A DNA stretch of 62,915 nucleotides, counting the filler, from Perkinsus chesapeaki ATCC PRA-425 (Eukaryota; Protista; Perkinsozoa): NCBI GenBank assembly GCA_013115145.1. It is 10 parts of 10 records of this genome, joined end to end, with 100 filler letters (N's around TTAATTAATTAA, not from the genome) between each part and the next. Parts side by side here need not be neighbours in the genome. Positions count along the whole stretch, not along the records: positions 55,961 to 61,408 come from JAAPAO010001158.1; positions 61,509 to 62,915 come from JAAPAO010001978.1; 8 more parts are not named here. The stretch is one strand, 5' to 3'. The position numbers and the translations under genes were made by a program. The notes beneath the pieces are model-generated. The model saw nothing but the letters and a program-made list of their open reading frames with translations. It did not search any database and was not told where the DNA came from. Below, piece after piece: positions 59,956 to 62,915 of the stretch (within the stretch, counting starts at the first letter, position 1; the number at the start of each line of letters is the position of its first letter).

Positions 59956-61329
59956 ATGTGGTTCAGTCGCTCGCTGCGGTATACCATCACCACTGTAACG
60001 GCCGCATCTTTCGCGGTGACTCAAATGCCATGGAAAAATAGTGGCAAATCATTCTGCGAGGAGGATCCTGAGGGACGATCCGATACGCCCACTAGCGGTT
60101 TGGTCAAGTTCCTAGATCGAGCTGCGATAGGCTTGGTACGTCACGGGGGGCAGCGGTGCATTTGAGATGTTATCCTATTTCAGGACAGAAGCACGCGTCA
60201 CGCTATGGAGACTTCGGCCAATCTTTGCATCATTGAGTCGATTCTGAGGGGTCTACTGGGTCGGACCGGTATACAGGGATTGACTTTGACTGAGGCTTTG
60301 AAGTTCCTCATTAAAATGTGCCGAGGAGACCCCACCGTCACCAACCCGGACTTGCATACCCAAGGATGTGCGGCTAAGCTCGATAACCCTGCGGAGGTTC
60401 GTGCGTATATGCGGGCAGCGTCATCAGCTTATGGCGCGGAGTTCCTGAATGCCTTGGGCATCGAGAAGATTACGGGGCATGCCCGGCTGGATGAGCCCCT
60501 CGACCTGTCCTGCATCATGGCCCATTGCCCTGATATCTGTGAGGTGATCCATATGTCCCAACCTAAAGGTGCCAATGAGCCTGCTTATTTTATAGCTGTT
60601 GATAAGGATAATACTGTGATATTATCCATACGTGGCAGTGCTGGTGTATCTGATATGATAACTGATTTGATGTGTGATAATACAGAACTGTCTTCTTCGC
60701 CAGAGGATAGACGTTACTTAGTTCACAGAGGAATAGGTGCGGCTGCCAGGAATACAGCAAGCGATGCCTTCCCTCTTATAAGAGATATAATGAGTAGTCG
60801 AGGCGCCAATAAATTGGTAATTACCGGCCACTCCCTGGGCGCCGGTGTTGCTCTCTTGACCAGCATACTGTTGGCGCGCGAGTTGCCCTGCAGTGTTGAG
60901 TGTTATGCATTTGCTCCTCCTCCTGTTACCACAACAACCTCCCCGACGACTTGTCAAAATCTAACCCTGCAGTCGTTCGTTAATCAAGATGATCTGATCC
61001 CACGACTCTCCTTGAGAGGGGCTGAGGATTTGTTCGATACGATTACGCCGGAGGAAACCAAGAGGAGCATGGCAGGCAAGGCCGTGACACTGATGATACC
61101 GGGCCAGATATATGTATTTGATCCGACCATGGACGATACTATATGGGCGACGGATGGTTACAATCCGTCCCTGGGGCCGCAAGCTATGGTGTATTATTGT
61201 CAAAGACTGTGTGGGAAACCGTTTGGTAAAAGACTTGATGCATCTAAATGTTTATCCGACCATCTTCCTGATATCTACGAGTCTAGGCTGCAAAGGCTTG
61301 TTGAGATCTACGATGATAATTCTGCCTAA
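59956..61329 (+). CDS. Class 3 lipase, paralog 2, two exons
   Basis: Exon 1 MWFSRSLRYTITTVTAASFAV..AIGL splices in phase (GTACGT..TTTCAG) to DRSTRHAMETSA. Motifs ILSIRGSAGVSDMITD, VHRGI, GHSLGAG, SFVNQDDLIPRLS and SDHL. Confidence 0.92.
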
Positions 61330-61614
61330 TATGTTTCTACACCATTTTAAGAACTAGTTAGTAAAAGCCAAGACCAAATTAATATAGCCCAGAACAAATT
61401 AGTAAAAGNNNNNNNNNNNNNNNNNNNNNNNNNNNNNNNNNNNNNNNNNNNNTTAATTAATTAANNNNNNNNNNNNNNNNNNNNNNNNNNNNNNNNNNNN
61501 NNNNNNNNACAAAGATTTACTTATCGTGATAGACAACTTTCTTCCTTAGCTAACTGATGTCACGACGGAGCGAAGTAAAGCTCGTTTCGCAACTTTCCCA
61601 CTTCCATCTCCGAG

Positions 61615-62915
61615 ATGGAACAGGCCGGCCTCCCCTCTGACATCTTGCTCACTAGTGATTCCTCAACATACGGGAAGGCCGCCGGCGACGGTGCGGGGCG
61701 GGGGGATGCCTTAACCCCTCTAACCCTTCACTTGATCATCATCATGGGTTTAGTAACGACAGCGCTTGTTGTTGTTGTTCATTGTTTTGTTGTACGTTTT
61801 AGTTTATCATTTGTCAACGTGTCCATAATTCCCTCATCCGGGTTTACCTGCTTATTCAGATCTTCTCATTCTTCTTCAACTGGATCTGCTACTGCTGGAT
61901 TACGGATCATTTGTGTTTGTATAATTGTTATTTGTATAATAGGTATTGAAGTATGGTGGTGGTGTAGTGATGGTGTGGATGGAGGTATCAAATCATATAT
62001 AGGAATATCTAATAATGATATAACAATAACAACAACACAAGAACAATATAGAGGGACACGTGTTATTATTACTGGTGGTAATTTAACTGATAATATGAGT
62101 GGTAGGCCAACATATATCGAATATATATCCCCAATAACATCATCATCATCAGTAGGAGGAGCATCATATATGAATGATAATAATATTGAATGGTCAAGAA
62201 TACAATGTATTGGTTGGCATAGAAATAGATCTTGTGCATTTGATAATATATATTATCATAAAACTAATGATGAATTTTATATTATATTACCATTAGATCC
62301 AATATTAAGAGGTTATATAATGAGAGCACCTTATAATGGTTATGCTATTAATTATAATAATACTAATACTAATCATCATGATAATACTGGTATACCTGTT
62401 ACTGAGGATAGTATTAATGATCTTATTAAAGGTTGCTCTGTTGATCCTAAAGATTGGAGCCCATTCCGTCCAAGTATAAAGTTATTTAATAATACAAAGA
62501 TAGTTGATGTATGGTTAAAGCAGCAGCATGATGATATTATTAATATAGATGATATATCTGGTACATTTAACTTGTTTTGGGCGTTTAATGTTGGTCATGC
62601 TATCTATGATAATATATATCCATTCTGGATAACTATTATTAGATTTGGTTATTTAAATAAAAGTATTAAACTATTCCCACGTGGTGAAGGTAATGGTAAA
62701 CGATCAGATAATGACTATGAACATTTAACGGTTATTGATGCTATAAGTCATTCACAAGTTACTTTTATTGATGATATCATTGATAATTCAACCTATCGAT
62801 TTAACAGGCTCTTAGTAGGGTGCCGTTGGATGGGTCATAGGAATCAACAAAGGCATATGGGTATGCCAGGATCATATTCATATGAGAATGCATTATATTG
62901 GTATGGTCAAAGGAT
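61615..62915 (+). CDS. Glycosyltransferase family 61-like membrane protein, open at window end
   Basis: Stop-free frame from ATG 61615 to the end (absent from the ORF track because it lacks a stop). Hydrophobic segments, then RSCAFDNIYY, FNVGHAIYDNIYPFW and YRFNRLLVG, typical of GT61 (EOGT/POMGNT2-like). Confidence 0.7.
   Translation, partial: MEQAGLPSDILLTSDSSTYGKAAGDGAGRGDALTPLTLHLIIIMGLVTTALVVVVHCFVVRFSLSFVNVSIIPSSGFTCLFRSSHSSSTGSATAGLRIICVCIIVICIIGIEVWWWCSDGVDGGIKSYIGISNNDITITTTQEQYRGTRVIITGGNLTDNMSGRPTYIEYISPITSSSSVGGASYMNDNNIEWSRIQCIGWHRNRSCAFDNIYYHKTNDEFYIILPLDPILRGYIMRAPYNGYAINYNNTNTNHHDNTGIPVTEDSINDLIKGCSVDPKDWSPFRPSIKLFNNTKIVDVWLKQQHDDIINIDDISGTFNLFWAFNVGHAIYDNIYPFWITIIRFGYLNKSIKLFPRGEGNGKRSDNDYEHLTVIDAISHSQVTFIDDIIDNSTYRFNRLLVGCRWMGHRNQQRHMGMPGSYSYENALYWYGQR

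Overview
Eukaryotic, gene-dense window with short GT-AG introns. It is most consistent with a Perkinsus-like alveolate; this is inferred from intron style and protein families, not from a database hit. The window is a mosaic of about 10 contigs. Nine 100-nt gaps carry an artificial TTAATTAATTAA linker, so adjacency across them is unproven; two unlinked N gaps fall inside minisatellites. Recognisable genes: PHO80/CYC2-type cyclin, DBP2/p68 DEAD-box helicase, DGAT2/MOGAT (truncated), F-box/LRR protein, S9D glutamyl-endopeptidase-like peptidase, PIG-C/GPI2, a SAM methyltransferase with signal peptide, two tandem class-3 lipases and a GT61-like glycosyltransferase (open at the window end). There are also several secreted or unknown proteins. 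Mobile DNA: two Ty3/gypsy integrase 3' ends with PPT and candidate LTR, a Gag-protease fragment and degenerate Mutator-like (MULE) relics. The most striking unexplained signal is a recurrent 22-nt motif a-X-comp(b)-revcomp(X)-comp(a)-X-b (X = 6 nt), found 8 times perfectly, plus many longer palindromes with a 1-nt centre, concentrated in dead transposon sequence. This geometry matches hairpin-mediated (hAT-type) excision footprints of an 8-bp target duplication. Collapsing three adjacent copies removes two stop codons and restores the reading frame of a FLYWCH-like domain. No CRISPR array, rRNA or intact tRNA was seen.
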